A DNA stretch of 51,363 nt, filler included, from Sphacelaria rigidula (lineage: Eukaryota), in assembly GCA_964200075.2 (NCBI GenBank). It is 4 parts of 4 records of this genome, joined end to end, with 100 filler letters (N's around TTAATTAATTAA, not from the genome) between each part and the next. Parts side by side here need not be neighbours in the genome. Positions count along the whole stretch, not along the records: positions 12,868 to 25,633 come from CAXNAA020003433.1; positions 25,734 to 38,498 come from CAXNAA020003434.1; 2 more parts are not named here. One strand, 5' to 3'. Both the position numbers and the translations under genes were made by a program. This document shows positions 13,722 through 26,043 of this stretch, piece after piece (position 1 is the first letter of the stretch; every line of letters starts with the position of its first letter). The notes beneath the pieces are model-generated. The model was not told the DNA's origin. It worked only from the letters and a program-made list of their open reading frames with translations, and ran no database searches.

Positions 13722-14400
13722 TCAAAGCGGTGCGTGGACGTCGTGGGTGTGGTCAATGTTGCGCTGAAGACCGCGGCGAAGTCCTTTGGACTTGAGGCGC
13801 TGGAGGCACCAGGATCCGCGTGGTGCAGATAGGCTGGTGGTGTATAGTGCTGGCCGGAGTTTGAGCTGTATGGGTCCAGGGTCATCGATGAAGCGCACGA
13901 TGTATGTGTCGGCAGAAACCAGGTTAGCCGAGTGGATCTGACCACGCAACCAGAGGTTGTCGCTGCCTTTGAACCAAAGGTAGCTGCCCTTGGGCAGTAT
14001 TCGCTGGTTTGCGAAGAACTTCGTCTTACAAGTCTTGGTGGGTACAAGTTCGTAACGATCGGCGACGAAGCGTAGTCCCTGATCGCGGTGAAGTTCGCGG
14101 GCTGCTGCGCCACGACGCATGTTGCGATATTTCTTGTTGTGAGCAAGATGCTGAGGTTGAGATTGCGTCCAGTACAGGAGGATTGCACAGCGGTGCAATT
14201 GAACGTCGGATTCGCGTTCCCAAGACGCTCTCCGGAGACCGTACCAGTGGGTCTTATACATGGCAGCAATGTTGCCACCTCGATCACGGGTTATCTGGTG
14301 GCCGGAGATGGTGCACACGGTCAATCGGAGGGGCTGTTCCGTCACGCCGTCGGTGGTAACCTGGTAGGGTGTTTCCGTCAAGAACTTCGCGCGAGTACCG
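13722..14400 (-). pseudogene. Pol C-terminus: chromodomain followed by Tudor/Royal-family-like domain
   Basis: ISGHQITRDRGGNIAAMYKTHWYGLRRASWERESDV..ILLYW fits the chromodomain pattern; GSYLWFKGSDNLWLRGQI..YIVRFIDD fits a Tudor/Agenet-like barrel. Confidence 0.7.
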
Positions 14401-14609
14401 AGAGTGCAGAAATCGACAAAATCAGAGGTAGTGGGCGCTAACCCGCCCAAGACGGCGTCATACGGTAGAGGGTGCGGCCCTCCCATATGCACACCATAAC
14501 AGTTTCTGGGCCCTGGGGGTCGAGGGCGTAAACGGGCGTTGAAAAACGTCTAATCGGGTAAATTCCAAGTTCATCAGGTTCCCTTGAACGGCAAGCCGGG
14601 CAGAAATCT

Positions 14610-15120
14610 GCGGCCGTAGGCGGCAGAGGTAATCGAAAAAGAAGATCAGCGTTCCCATTGGTTTTGCCTGGACGGTGCTCAATGGTACACTGGTATGCTG
14701 CTAGAAACTCCAACCATCGTTGTACACGCGGTTTGTGTTCGCCAACGTTGGCGAGTTGTTTGAGTGCTCCATGATCTGTATAAATCTTCAAGGGCACGGG
14801 AAACAGATATTGTCGAAGGCGCTCAATGGCTCAGGTGATTACTCCGCCTTCCAGTTCTAGCGAACTCCAATTTGCCTCGTTCGGTAGGGTGGCGCGGGTG
14901 ATATAGAGGATGGGTCGTACAGAGCCATCAACCTGAGGTTGATTCAAAACTGCTCCAAATCCGTTTATGCTGGCGTCAGTGTGGAGTCGGGGGAAGCGAG
15001 AGCCATCTTGTACTGCCTCCCAATCAGGAAAGCAGAGTACCCGCTTTTCGGTAAGCGTCTTTAGCAATTCGCGGGTGATATCCTCCATATCGGTTGTGAA
15101 GGTAAACACGGCTCCTTTCT
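14610..15120 (-). pseudogene. Gypsy RNase H (disrupted)
   Basis: LHTDASINGFGAVLNQ..RPILYITRATLPNEANWSSLELE, KIYTDHGALKQL, RVQRWLEFL..IEHRPGKTNGNADLL; interrupted by a stop. Confidence 0.9.
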
Positions 15121-15139
15121 TAGTATCTCAATAAGGGGG

Positions 15140-15900
15140 CGAATCCGTTCGAAAAAGTTCGGCAACATTTTACGGTAGTAAGATGGTCCGCCCAACAATA
15201 AGCGAAGTTAAGAAATGTTAGTTGACATCAGCAAGTCAGTCGTCGCCTTGACGTTGTTTGTAACCGGATGCAGTCCTGCTGGCGAAATGGAAAGCCCCAA
15301 GAAATCAAAGTATGTCGCACCAAGGCGAGCTTTAGATGGAGACAGTTTCAAATCGTGTGTGCGTAGGCCAGAGATGAGTTCTCGTAGAGTGCGGATAGGT
15401 ACAATAGGTAAGGCATCGAAAGCGTTAGCGTCAACTAGGTACATGATGATGTGCTCGAGGCCCTCCGTGACGCGCTGCATTATTAAGCGTTGAAAGCATT
15501 CCGTGGCAGTGGCGGCGCCTTGTAGCATTCGAAGCCACTCGTACAGTCCGGACGAGGTACAAAAGGCCGTTAGTGGGACTGTGTCAGGATGTATAGCATT
15601 CTGAAAAAATCCAGAAGTGAGGTCGAAGGTGCTAAACATTTTTCCTTCGCCTAAGGAGTCGAAGACTTCATCAATGCGGGGAATCGGAAGTTTACCGACC
15701 ACAGTGACGCGGTTCAACCGTTGATAATTCACGGTTATGCGTATGTTTCCATCCTTCTGGGGGACGACAACAAGTGGCGAGGCCCAAGGAGAGGAGGAAT
15801 GATTTATCAATCCCGCTCCCAAATACACGTCCAAGATGGCGTTAACTTTCTTGGTAAGGATTGGGTTGTTCGGTATGATCGAGAAGGTTAGAGGGTAACC
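15140..15900 (-). pseudogene. Gypsy reverse transcriptase (disrupted; YLDD reads YLVD)
   Basis: SSSPWASPLVVVPQKDGNIRITVNYQRLN, PIPRIDEVFDSL, FSTFDLTSGFFQ, TAFCTSSGLYEWLRMLQG, FLGLSISPAGLHP. Confidence 0.93.
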
Positions 15901-16599
15901 TCAAAGGGCAGCGTTTTGCAATGCTGAAGATCCGTCTTGGATCGGAAGAATCGGTCTTCGTATACTGTAGCAGGACACCACTAAGTTCTCGGATGACTGT
16001 CGATTCTCAACCGGGCCCATGAAGGTCAACATTGATGTCACGCATGTGTGGCGGCAGTTGGTGCCACATTTGCAAGAAAATATTCCGAGAATCTGGTGAT
16101 GAACGTTGAAGCACTCCAGCAGGAGGATCGAAATTTGACTGGGCAGGATCCACGTTGTGAACCTGGGGTGGAGTCGCAGAGGCGAGGTCGAAATAAGGTT
16201 CATCGACACAATGGACTGATTCCGTTGGAGATGTGGCGTTTGGCGCGGCAGGCCCTGTTACGCATGTCTCGAGTGGGATGTGCATCAGGGGTGCAGCGGC
16301 GATTCCGAAAATATCGCCGAGTTCCAAGTTAGCATGACCCGTAAGAGGGAGTAGTTGTTGTCCTGCCGAGATCAAATGTTCTGTGTCGGCTGGTGCGCCA
16401 ATACGGAGTAACATTCCGGCAAGATAATGACCCATAAGTGCTGGCATGCCATTTCGGCGAACTGGTGCAACTTCCAGAAGTTGAGGATCGTCGGAGAGTG
16501 TAATGCCAACGTTACCGTTGTATCGTACGTGGTAAGCAGCTCTGGTTGCTTGAGTATTCTTCTGGTAGGCCAGGGCGCCGTGGAGTGTACCAAAGTGTT

Positions 16600-17000
16600 C
16601 AAGGTTGAATTCTGCACGAGGCGTGGAATGTGGCGATGGTGGTGGAAGCGTGCGGTGGATACATTTATTCAACCACATATAGCTATATCTGCCCAATAAC
16701 ATGGCGTGGTGCATTGTGCTGTCGGGGACAATGTATGCCCAGACTGTCAGGCTGGCAGAACGAGTGGTGTTGTGAAAGAGTTGGACACTGAGACGTACGG
16801 ATTTTTGTGTCGTCAGGGGTGCGGCAGAATCACCGAAACCGCCCCATACTCGAGGTTGGGTGGTGGTTTCGCAAGCTGAAGTAGCAGCGCCAGTCTGTTT
16901 CATGTGTTTCCATGCTGATTCTCGAATGAATGTTTGCGGGCTGCCGTTGTCCAACAAGGATACGCATTTCGTAGGCGTGGTAGCGTTTGGACCAGAATGG
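16600..17000 (-). pseudogene. Retropepsin aspartic protease
   Basis: CVSLLDNGSPQTFI (degenerate LDTGS motif) and downstream AMLLGRY, directly upstream of RT. Confidence 0.75.
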
Positions 17001-18458
17001 ATCGCAACGCGTGTAGTGAAAGTGGCCGGATCCACAGACACTGTGCCGCCGACAAGATCCGGACCGTGTTCCAGCAAGGTAAATTGGTCAGGATCAGCGG
17101 GGCTGACAGCAAAAACACACGGCGGGTGATCCGCCGGTGGGTCGGATTTCTCACCAGAGAAGGGGGTGAACGGTATATTATTTCCAGGTGTAGCACGGTC
17201 AGAGTGACTATTCGCGATTTCGTAAATGATCGTCTTTGGTTGACAAGGATCACCGTCCAAGGGGGATCCAGATTGTGCGGGTCTAGAGTCGTCGATTGGA
17301 GAAGTAATGTCGCAAGAAATATTTGATTTTGTTTCTTCCGTGATACTTGATAGAGTTGCGAACTCAAAGTCGTCGCATTTTGGAGAGATTGAGGTGGAGG
17401 ATTTCCGCTCGAAAGAGGTGTACGTGATGATGCGCGCGCGTCCTTGGAGGCATGCTTACGGGGCTTTCTCTTTCGCCGTCACAATGGTCGGGGAACTTCC
17501 AAAACATTTTGAGATGAAACCACAACTGCATCCAGTCGGGTGGATGGGGTCAGCATCGGGGCATGACGGAGCGAAACTTGTGGGCTGCTTTCCGTAGGCA
17601 AGCTTGGCTGGGAGGTCATAGCCGAAGGTATTTTGGGGCGATTGTTATTAGAACCGGCCACAGGTAGTTCCGTGCGTATTGAAAATCGCGGGGAAGGAGC
17701 TCGATCCAACTGAGTGAGAACTACATGATCCGATGTGGTCAAGTTCACATCAGCAACACTTGAGTCAGCTGAAAAAGGCTTGCTACTACCTGTGCGTGCG
17801 GTCGCTGAGGGAAGCCTCTGCCTCAGGGACTGGCGGTTAATCCTCCCACATCTCAGACCCATACTCGGCACTGAAGGACCAAGTTCAGGGCCGGGTGTAG
17901 GTCTGAGTCGCGGGGTGACACAACTGTTACGCGGTGTGTGGAGGGGTGAAGACGGGGGTCGATATGAACGGCCATCAGTTGCCCTCCTGCATAGTGCCGG
18001 GGGAGCCGGGCGAACAGTCTTAGTCGCGGGCCCTGCGGGATGTGTTGAAAATTGTGTGAAGGTTGGAGACGGGGATCGATTTGAACGGCCGTCTGTTGCA
18101 CTTGTGGATAATGCCGGGGGAGTCGGGTGAGCAATGTTAGTCACGAACTCCGCGGGCTGTGTTGAATAAATCTTCGCTAGTGTGTCGGCGGCGCGGAAGA
18201 CCTCAGAACGCCGGCGTCGGCACGTCATGGGTCTATGCGATCCGTAGTGAAGGTACCAGGGTTTTTGGTGTTGGGGTTCGAGTTGTGTGTCGGCTCCGTC
18301 CGTAGGTGTCTATCAGCGGATCGTTTGTTGTCGCGAGAATTGTGATCGCTCTGGCGAGGGCTTGCATTATTGTTGTTTCATCGGCGACCGCGATTAGAGC
18401 TTTCGAATGCCGTTGTTCAAGTCAAATAAACATCATCCCAAGTTTCTTCGGAGAACGG

Positions 18459-20142
18459 CTAACCATTAAAACTCGCACTGGATGCATCTCTGTTACTCTG
18501 AACATGCATAACTGAACCGGCGACCGAGTCGGGGGTCCATGAAGCGCGAGATGAACTCGAATTCCTACCGCGAGACCCTTGGGCATTAGCGGAGGACACA
18601 ACCATAGGTTGTGAACATAGAGGCGTATAAGATTTGCCACGTATGGAGTGCGTTACATTACCCTCTTGATGTACAACAGCAGAGCACATAGCATCAACGG
18701 AGGCGTAAGGCACCTTGTGATGCGCCGAGACACGCGGAAACAACGACGGCATCAGAGCCGGATACTGTTGAGCAACGCTATTGCGAACGTAAGTCTGACA
18801 CATTGCGTCCCTTGGTCCGTTTTGGCGTCCGACACCCCCCGTAGTACCGGAGGCTAAAAGCTCATATTCGCGAAGATAATCCGCGAAGGGGACATCCGAT
18901 GCGATAGCAAAATAATTCAGCCTCTGGATAGCACTTAATTGGTCACTTTTGTCAAAAAAATGCATCAGACGCATTTCCAGATCAGAGAGCAATCCCGGGC
19001 CTGTCTTCCCCTTGGCACGATCCGGATCCATTTCGGCGAGGAAGCCGTCGAGAATCTGTGTTAAAGAAGCAGCAATGTTGGGAAAGCGGCGGCTGATGGA
19101 TCGATGCAATGCTTTATGCAAAGGGGTCTGCCAGTCGTCTACTCAATTGGGATTTTCAAAGCGTTGGACAACAGTTGCATCCGCCAAGTAAAGGGTATTG
19201 CAAACTGTACGGCAAATGGATGTAATGAGGGCAGAAGTAAACTGTCCCGAATCTTCGTTATCCGCAGCAGGCATGTTCTTGATATACCAAAGCTTTTTCA
19301 CATCCATCTGAATATACTGTCTCTGTATTGCAGGTACTCGGGCAGACTCGACTTTGTCGAAATCTGCTGTTTTTACTAGCTTCGGAACGTTCTTTGTCGG
19401 CCGCAGCGATCGCTAAAGCGCGGGCTGCAGTAGAAGACAATGAACAGTCTGGTGTGTCCGTATCAGATAAACCCAAAATACGACACGAAACATCGACCAA
19501 CTTAGGTATCACTTGCCTGGGTGTCGCCGAACCCGAGGGGGGCAAGTCTGTGCTAGACCGGGTCCAGCCTGTCGCGGAAGATCCGGAAGAATTTCCTCCG
19601 GTTTCCTTCCGGGTCAGGCTGCGGTTATTGCGGGCCGGGCGGTTCGGTCCGGAACCGCCCGAGGAGGATCCTCCGCCGCCATCGCGGCGGTGTGTTCTTC
19701 CTGCATCGTTGTCGTCGTCATCCCGCCGGTGGTTCTTCTTATTTCCTCTGCAGTTGGCACTCGTGGGAGTCCAACCATCGTTATCCTGGTCATCGTGGGC
19801 GATGGTGGCGTCGGGATCAGAGTTGTAAGCGGCACGTAGCGCCGCAAAAAGATTGGTGGCAGTTTCCACGTGATGAGGTTGATCAAGGCCGGCGCCAATG
19901 GTCACATGCACGACGAGTTGGCCCAGGGTGAGGGACGGCAAGCCCTCCTCAGGGAAGAATCCGCCCTGGTCCACGTGTAGACGTTGGGACACCAAATTCC
20001 AAGCTTGGCGGGAACAATGGAGGTGATTGGGGCGGTGGAACGGGCCGGCATAGTCGGCCGCGGAACGAGTAAGCCACATTCGTTCGTGGTGCGTGAGTTG
20101 CAGGCCTGGTGTCGGGCCGGCATTGGCAGCCGAGATAGCCAC
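18459..20142 (-). pseudogene. Gag-like region (fragmented ORFs 19258-20142 and 18459-19121)
   Basis: Position upstream of PR; helical capsid-like segment (FDKSDQLSAIQRLNYF..PFADYLREYELL). The assignment is positional. Confidence 0.5.
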
Positions 20143-21204
20143 TCGAAGCGGAGTCTTGGGGCCATCTTGGGGACGGTGGTGGCCGCAGCATAAGACGGTG
20201 GTCGGACTTACGTGGGATTTTGTAAGTCGACTGGCCGGTCTTGGACTGGGCCGTGTGGGCTAAACGCGGGTTAGGAGGGCGACCACTGAGCAGGTTGCCG
20301 GCGGACGGCGGAGAGGCCTGATGGTTGGTCAGCGGGCCACCGACATAGCCGCGTCGTGAGCGGTCCGTCAGACATGGTCTCCCAGGTCCCGCACCCGTCT
20401 CTGGGCCGCCATGGCAGCAGGGCAGCCTTCCTGAAGGGCGCGTTGGGCAGCCATGTTCGTCGTTTGAGCGTGTGAGGCCTGCCGCTGAAGATCCCGTTGC
20501 TTGTCAGCATGCTCCTCCGCGAGGCGGCGTGCAGCGGCGGCGTCAACTTCGCGTTGTTGATCGAGGATATCTTTGGCAAGCCCTGGCGCCCCCGAGGCGT
20601 AATCCTTGATCAACGCCATTTGTTCCGCGCGGGGACGGTTCCTGAACAACCTCAGGGGGAGGCAAGTTGGACAGTGCTCATCACCGAGGAGAGGGAGATC
20701 TTCCACAGACGGAGTCACGGGCATGGCGATATCCGTGACGGAATCAGTTGTGGGCCCACTATCAGCGTCGGTGTCGACGGCAGACGGGGCGGCAACTGTG
20801 GTGGGAGCCGTGACGGTAGTAGCTGTGACCGCAGGCGCGGCGGCCGTGGTAGCAGCGGTGGCAGAGGCAGTGGTGGCGGCAGCAGCGGCGGCGGGTACTC
20901 CTTTGTTTTCCATGGTGGTTTTGGCGAGTCTTCGCTTGATATCTGCGAGTTGTTGTTGCAGAGAGTGAATGATGACAGCGTAAGAGCAGGACGGGGTTCG
21001 CGGTCAGTGCTGGGTCTTCGGTTGTGCGATGAATTACGACTGGACCCCTCTTTTGAGGATTCAAGAGCCGGTGACATTATCGAAAATATATTCTGAATGT
21101 CGGCAACATGTATGGTATTATCATTGCGTAAATGACGGCGGCGTAACCGAGGTGAAGCAGGAGGGGTGCCCGCGGTTGCGTAATCGGCATTCTCAGAACG
21201 CAAT

Positions 21205-21410
21205 TGGGCGCACGATGAATTCGATCTGTTCCGCGAACTATCCTCGTGAGTACGGTCGCGGCCGGCATTCGCCGGGCGCATGGGAGCGCGCGATGAATTA
21301 GAGCTGTGCCGTGAACTACTTTCGTATGTGCGGCCATGAGCGGCATTCTTCGGGCGTGTGAGAACGCGCGATGAATTGAAGCTGTGCCGGGAGTTGTCCT
21401 TGGGGCTGCC
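21205..21410 (-). repeat. ~78-bp (26-codon) degenerate tandem repeat x3; further in-frame duplications at 21961-22170 (~126 bp) and 17951-18130 (~117 bp)
   Basis: GATGAATT recurs at ~78-bp spacing; peptide units SSRHSFNSSR / SSRHSSNSSR / SSRNRSNSSC. Confidence 0.7.
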
Positions 21411-23255
21411 AGCACGGGTGACGTGGTCGTGACCAACTGTCGATGTGTGGCGCCGTCCAGAAGCGCGAGCAAGACTTTGGTGCGAAGTGGAGGAGGGGCT
21501 GGACTCGTGTTTGTTGAAACTCTCATGAGAGACGAACGGAAAACGCGGTGTCGCCCATCGGGACGCCAAACGTACGGGTTTGGGCGCGGTAGGTGCAGAG
21601 TCATCATTGAATTGCACCGAAGCAGAGGCCGATTGGTCTTGGAACGCGGCCCGGCACAAAGCCGTAAATGCCTCGATTAGAGCTGGGACTGACGTGTGCG
21701 CTGACGCCGAAGAAGGGCGAAGCAGATTCTACAGGGCAGAATGCATGGCCACGACTGCTGGTCCGACACTGGACTGCGAAGCAGAGCGCACTGGACTGCC
21801 GAGAGTCGTGCGATTGGGATCCATAACGGAAGCAACCCGCATGACAAAATCTCTTGCTCCAGAAGCGATACGCTTCGTCGGGACTGAGTCGTCTCGAGAT
21901 TTGTCAACCGTCGTCCGACGGGGTGCCACGGTTGAAGCAATCGTTACACGGCCATGCTGGACACGTCTGTCCAGGGCCAACGACTCAGCTGAGGGCACAT
22001 TCCTGTCTTCGGATTTCATATCGGGATCCGGAAGAACAGGCCGCAGCGAGGGGGGTGCCACGGAACCCACGGTTATGGTTTCACTGACATGTCTGTCAGG
22101 AGCCAATGACTCAGTCGGTGGCACAGTCCTGTTCTCTGAGTCCGAATCGGTACTGGAGAGAACAGGTCGCGGCTTCATAGTCTCTTCTTCAAGTCCCGAA
22201 GGATGAGCAGCGCTCGAGAGTTGGTGTTCAAATCCCGAAGATCTAGCAGAGCTCGCGTACGTGCTTCGAGTAGTCGAAGGTGACGCGTTACTGATATCAA
22301 AAGATTTCGAACCGCCAGTAGGTTGGCTCCGTGTCCGGCAAAGCGGTTGGTTTCCCAATTGAGGGGAAGTGTCGGCGTTATTTCTGTGCGACATGAACCT
22401 AATCGTACGCAACTTGTGTGCCTAAAACAGTGGGAGCAGTGTGTTGTCGGGCTTCAATCAAAGGAGCGCGACGCCAAGAAATGCTAGGTGCAACGGCCGA
22501 AGCTTGTATCCAGAAATACCGGATAATGAAGCCTAATAGCGCCTGAAGGGACCTTCGTTGGGAACCTGATGAACTCGAGTATTGTTAGCCAAGCTAATTG
22601 CTGTACGCAATAAAAATGTCGGAGGTCTGGCCTAATACAACTATCTAAGTTGTGGTGGTGGTAATAGCTAGCAACGGAAGCTCGCGATCGCGCACAGAAC
22701 AGGCGCACGGCGTCGAAAAATGCACAAACCCAATTGACTGTAGCGGCGTTGGTACCTGAAAGTAGTGCAGCCTACACGTTTTTACGGTGTCGGCGTCAGG
22801 GGCAGACCACAATTGTATTATCCTGGTTCAAGCGGAGAAACGACTGGCGGTACTCAAGAATAAAAATAATTAAATGAGCACCGAAGGGTCGTGCGGCATG
22901 GGGCAGCACACAAGCTTCCACAAAAGCTTGAAATGGAGACCGTAGGATCGGGCGGCGTAGTGCAGCACGTAGGCTTGTCACACAACGGAGTGGTGGCAAC
23001 GTACGTATATAAAACAAAGTTGGAGTATTAATAGTGCGCAGCAGGGGCAGCGCTGAGGGCGTGTCCCGAAAAAGAGTTACACACCAAAGGGGCACTGGTT
23101 TTGAGTGCCGGTGCTCCAAGTGAGCAAGTAACGCAGGTCTGGAATTTATCAATGCGGCGTGTCAATTAGAGCGTAGTTTTGGAAATCGCCATAATAACTG
23201 AGTTGTGGGGGAGAACAACTAGCGACTGGTAGATTGGAATGTTACAGGCGCGTAT

Positions 23256-24542
23256 TGTCACGAACGGAACAGTCTCGGAACAAATAATTATTTTTGGCCG
23301 ACAGAGGCTCAGAGATAAAACCTCACCGCAGGGTAGGCTGTGTATTACTAATTAACGGCGCCGCTGTACAGATGTGCGAAGCACACTAGAAGAGAACAGC
23401 AACAACAAACTAGCTACGAGTGACGTATATCGCGACGCAATGGGCCGTGCACAATCGATACTAAAATGTGAAAGCGGCAGGTTGCTGGCTTGGCAAAGGG
23501 CTCAGGTCAGGAATAGCAGTTGACTGTGAGAAACGATGCACCCTGTGCAGTGTTTCCTGTAACAAACCTGTGGTAGGACACTTGTCCTGTCAGAAAAAAG
23601 GGGGCTGCAAGGCCAAGTACCGGAGCCAGCGATGGCTGGGCGTGTGACCGTGCTGTACTGGACGACCAAGGAAGGTTGCGCTGTGCAGGTAGCACGCACG
23701 TGAAGTGGAAAGTGCAGGCGCGTATTTCCCAAAATACATAGTAACACAGCAGAGCGGGGCTGGCGTGCGATGCGCGTTGACCCAGCGTGGCACAAGGCGT
23801 CCAGTCAAACGCTGCAGCAAGCAGCAAGCAGCAAGAGTCGTGAGTCACGAGTACTATGACGGGGTAACACACAGGGGAAGAGCTTTGCAGTAACTAAGAA
23901 CTGACTATCTAGCAAGCCGAAAGCAGCGAGATAGGTTTGACTACCTTTATCAAAGATCACAAGGAGAAAATTTTCAACAATAAGCCACGCGCGCGCAGCT
24001 CGAGAAGCAGGGGTTCAATCGGTGTTGAGAAGAGGAACGCAATTGCAAAAGAGGAGACTCCTTTGTCAAACGCCAAATGTCATGGGGCTACGGTGATGGC
24101 AAGCACAGGCTCACTAGGCAAGGCAAGGGGCCAGTCCGCAAACTGAGCGGCCAGGCTAATAAACAGACACCGCCTAACACAGAGGTGTCCGACAGATACC
24201 AATATTTCACGCGCAGGCAGTATCTCCTCTTTTTTTCTTGGTCTCAACCTCCCAGTATTCAATCAATCAATCCAATCTCATGCTCAGTCAATCTGTCCCA
24301 CCGGTGTTAGGCTTCATTGCTGGGAGAGGGGCAGTAGATGGTAGTGATGGTAGGGTGGCTCGGCTTGTGCAAAGACACACTCGAGCCATCACCATCTCTG
24401 CCGTATACAAATCAACACTCGTATCTGACCAACTCTGAACAGACCTGCAGTCTCAGGTCATAGAATACCAGCAATGCAGTAGCCGGACTCATCAACGGGT
24501 CTGAGGCGGCAAGACAACAGGCTAATATGCGTCCTCATGACA
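23256..24542 (-). repeat. 5' LTR (long form, ~1287 bp)
   Basis: Bounded by TGTCACGA...TCATGACA; both ends show similarity to the 3' LTR at 12868-13119. Confidence 0.7.
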
Positions 24543-25633
24543 TATGTGTTTTTGGTTTGCGGGGGCGGTCAATTTCTCCGGTTCACCTTTGGTTGTGATA
24601 GGTTGTGTTGAGCCTTCGTGCGTACTCCCACCACCCATGTTCCTCTTCGGCTGAAAACGAAACAAAAAAAGTATTTCGTGGAATCGGCGTTGATTTTGCA
24701 TGAAAATCGAACTGGCATCCTGTTCAAATGACATGCAGAAGACACGACAAAATTTTCCGCCGCTCTCCATCAACCCTTTGGAGGCGAGAAAAGTAGGTCA
24801 CCTGTTGAAGCGGCGTCAATTTCACTCAATAAAAGTATCCATGATTCAGATTGACTACCGTGTGTAGTCCATGAGCTGCTAAACGGCTTCTCCTCCAAAC
24901 TATGACATTTGACATTACGCAATCCACACAGCTATTTCCGGTGATCATGTACCTTGGCTGTCGATCCACTGATCGTGGCGGCGAAGCCGCAAACACTCTT
25001 ATATAAGAATCAAATTGGGTATGTATGTGCTGTAGCATGGTGCCAATCTCTCCAGCGATTGGGAATCGCCGAACGAGAACACACAGAGGACACGGGGGCG
25101 AGGAGCTTTCTCTCCACCGTTGGTCCCCCGGTGGTACATCGACACGCGTGTACACCGCATTTATTCGGCGCACCTAGCCACACCTGCTTAACTGCTTAAC
25201 TGCGACAGAAGCTTGTTTTGCGAAGATGCTTTCCCTTAGGATAGCTGCTTGTACAAAACCTGGATTTCAGTTTTTTCACTTGAACCTTATTCGAGTGTTC
25301 AATCCAATTTTAGAGGGTCCTCTGATCTGAAGTTGTCAGCTAGTAGTGACTGGCCCAGGGCAAACCCGTTCTTCATATGCTATGGTATACTACCACAGAA
25401 CGCCAGACCTATTCTGTACAAGTCGACCGAAGCACGGAAGACAAAGCATGAAGCTGTGTACCGCTGCTTCACGCGTCATCGTTGACACAAACAATTTCCG
25501 TCGATGCCTTCGAAGCGCCCTCCATCTCAATTGATATACCCCATATCCCTCTCACACGCGGCTATATGGCTACCCCCGAAATTCCTCCAGGTGTGTGATG
25601 TGAAAGTAGTGAAAGCACCTTGGGGAGGTTGTG

Positions 25634-25733
25634 NNNNNNNNNNNNNNNNNNNNNNNNNNNNNNNNNNNNNNNNNNNNTTAATTAATTAANNNNNNNNNNN
25701 NNNNNNNNNNNNNNNNNNNNNNNNNNNNNNNNN
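25634..25733. other. Artificial contig linker
   Basis: N44-TTAATTAATTAA-N44. Confidence 0.97.
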
Positions 25734-25797
25734 ACTCATTTGTTGCTTGCCTTAGTCGTTTGACCATTGACCACGCATCCCTTTCGAGACGGAGCAC
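25734..25797 (-). mobile_element. LINE 3'-end fragment (same family as 10525-10797)
   Basis: Encodes [20 protein letters not shown]; sits at the contig edge. Confidence 0.75.
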
Positions 25798-26043
25798 CAG
25801 AGGGGTGGGATCGAGGGGGACCAAGGCGGGGAGGGCATGGAGGACGGCGATTCCAGCGACGGAGACAGCGACGGAAAGTTGGAATTTCATCGAGTCTCCC
25901 CCTACAAATTTGTTGCTGTTGCTGTGGTTGCTGCTGTTGATGATGTTGCTTGCTGTTGCTGTTGCCTTTGAGTGCATTGATATTTGTATTGGTGTCAATC
26001 AGTTTAATAAAGCTATGTGGTTTGCAAATGCCGCTCGTTGCAG

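Larger units (their letters stand above)
12868..24542 (-). mobile_element. Decayed Ty3/Gypsy (chromodomain-bearing) LTR retrotransposon, integrase core missing; left end cut by contig edge
   Basis: Order on minus strand: LTR, low-complexity ORFs, gag-like region, PR, RT, RH, chromodomain, PPT, LTR; many stops and frameshifts. Confidence 0.9.

Noticed and set aside
23256-24542. Solo LTR with TSD
   Set aside because: Flanks CGTAT and TATGT do not form a 4-6 bp duplication, and it connects to the internal domain.
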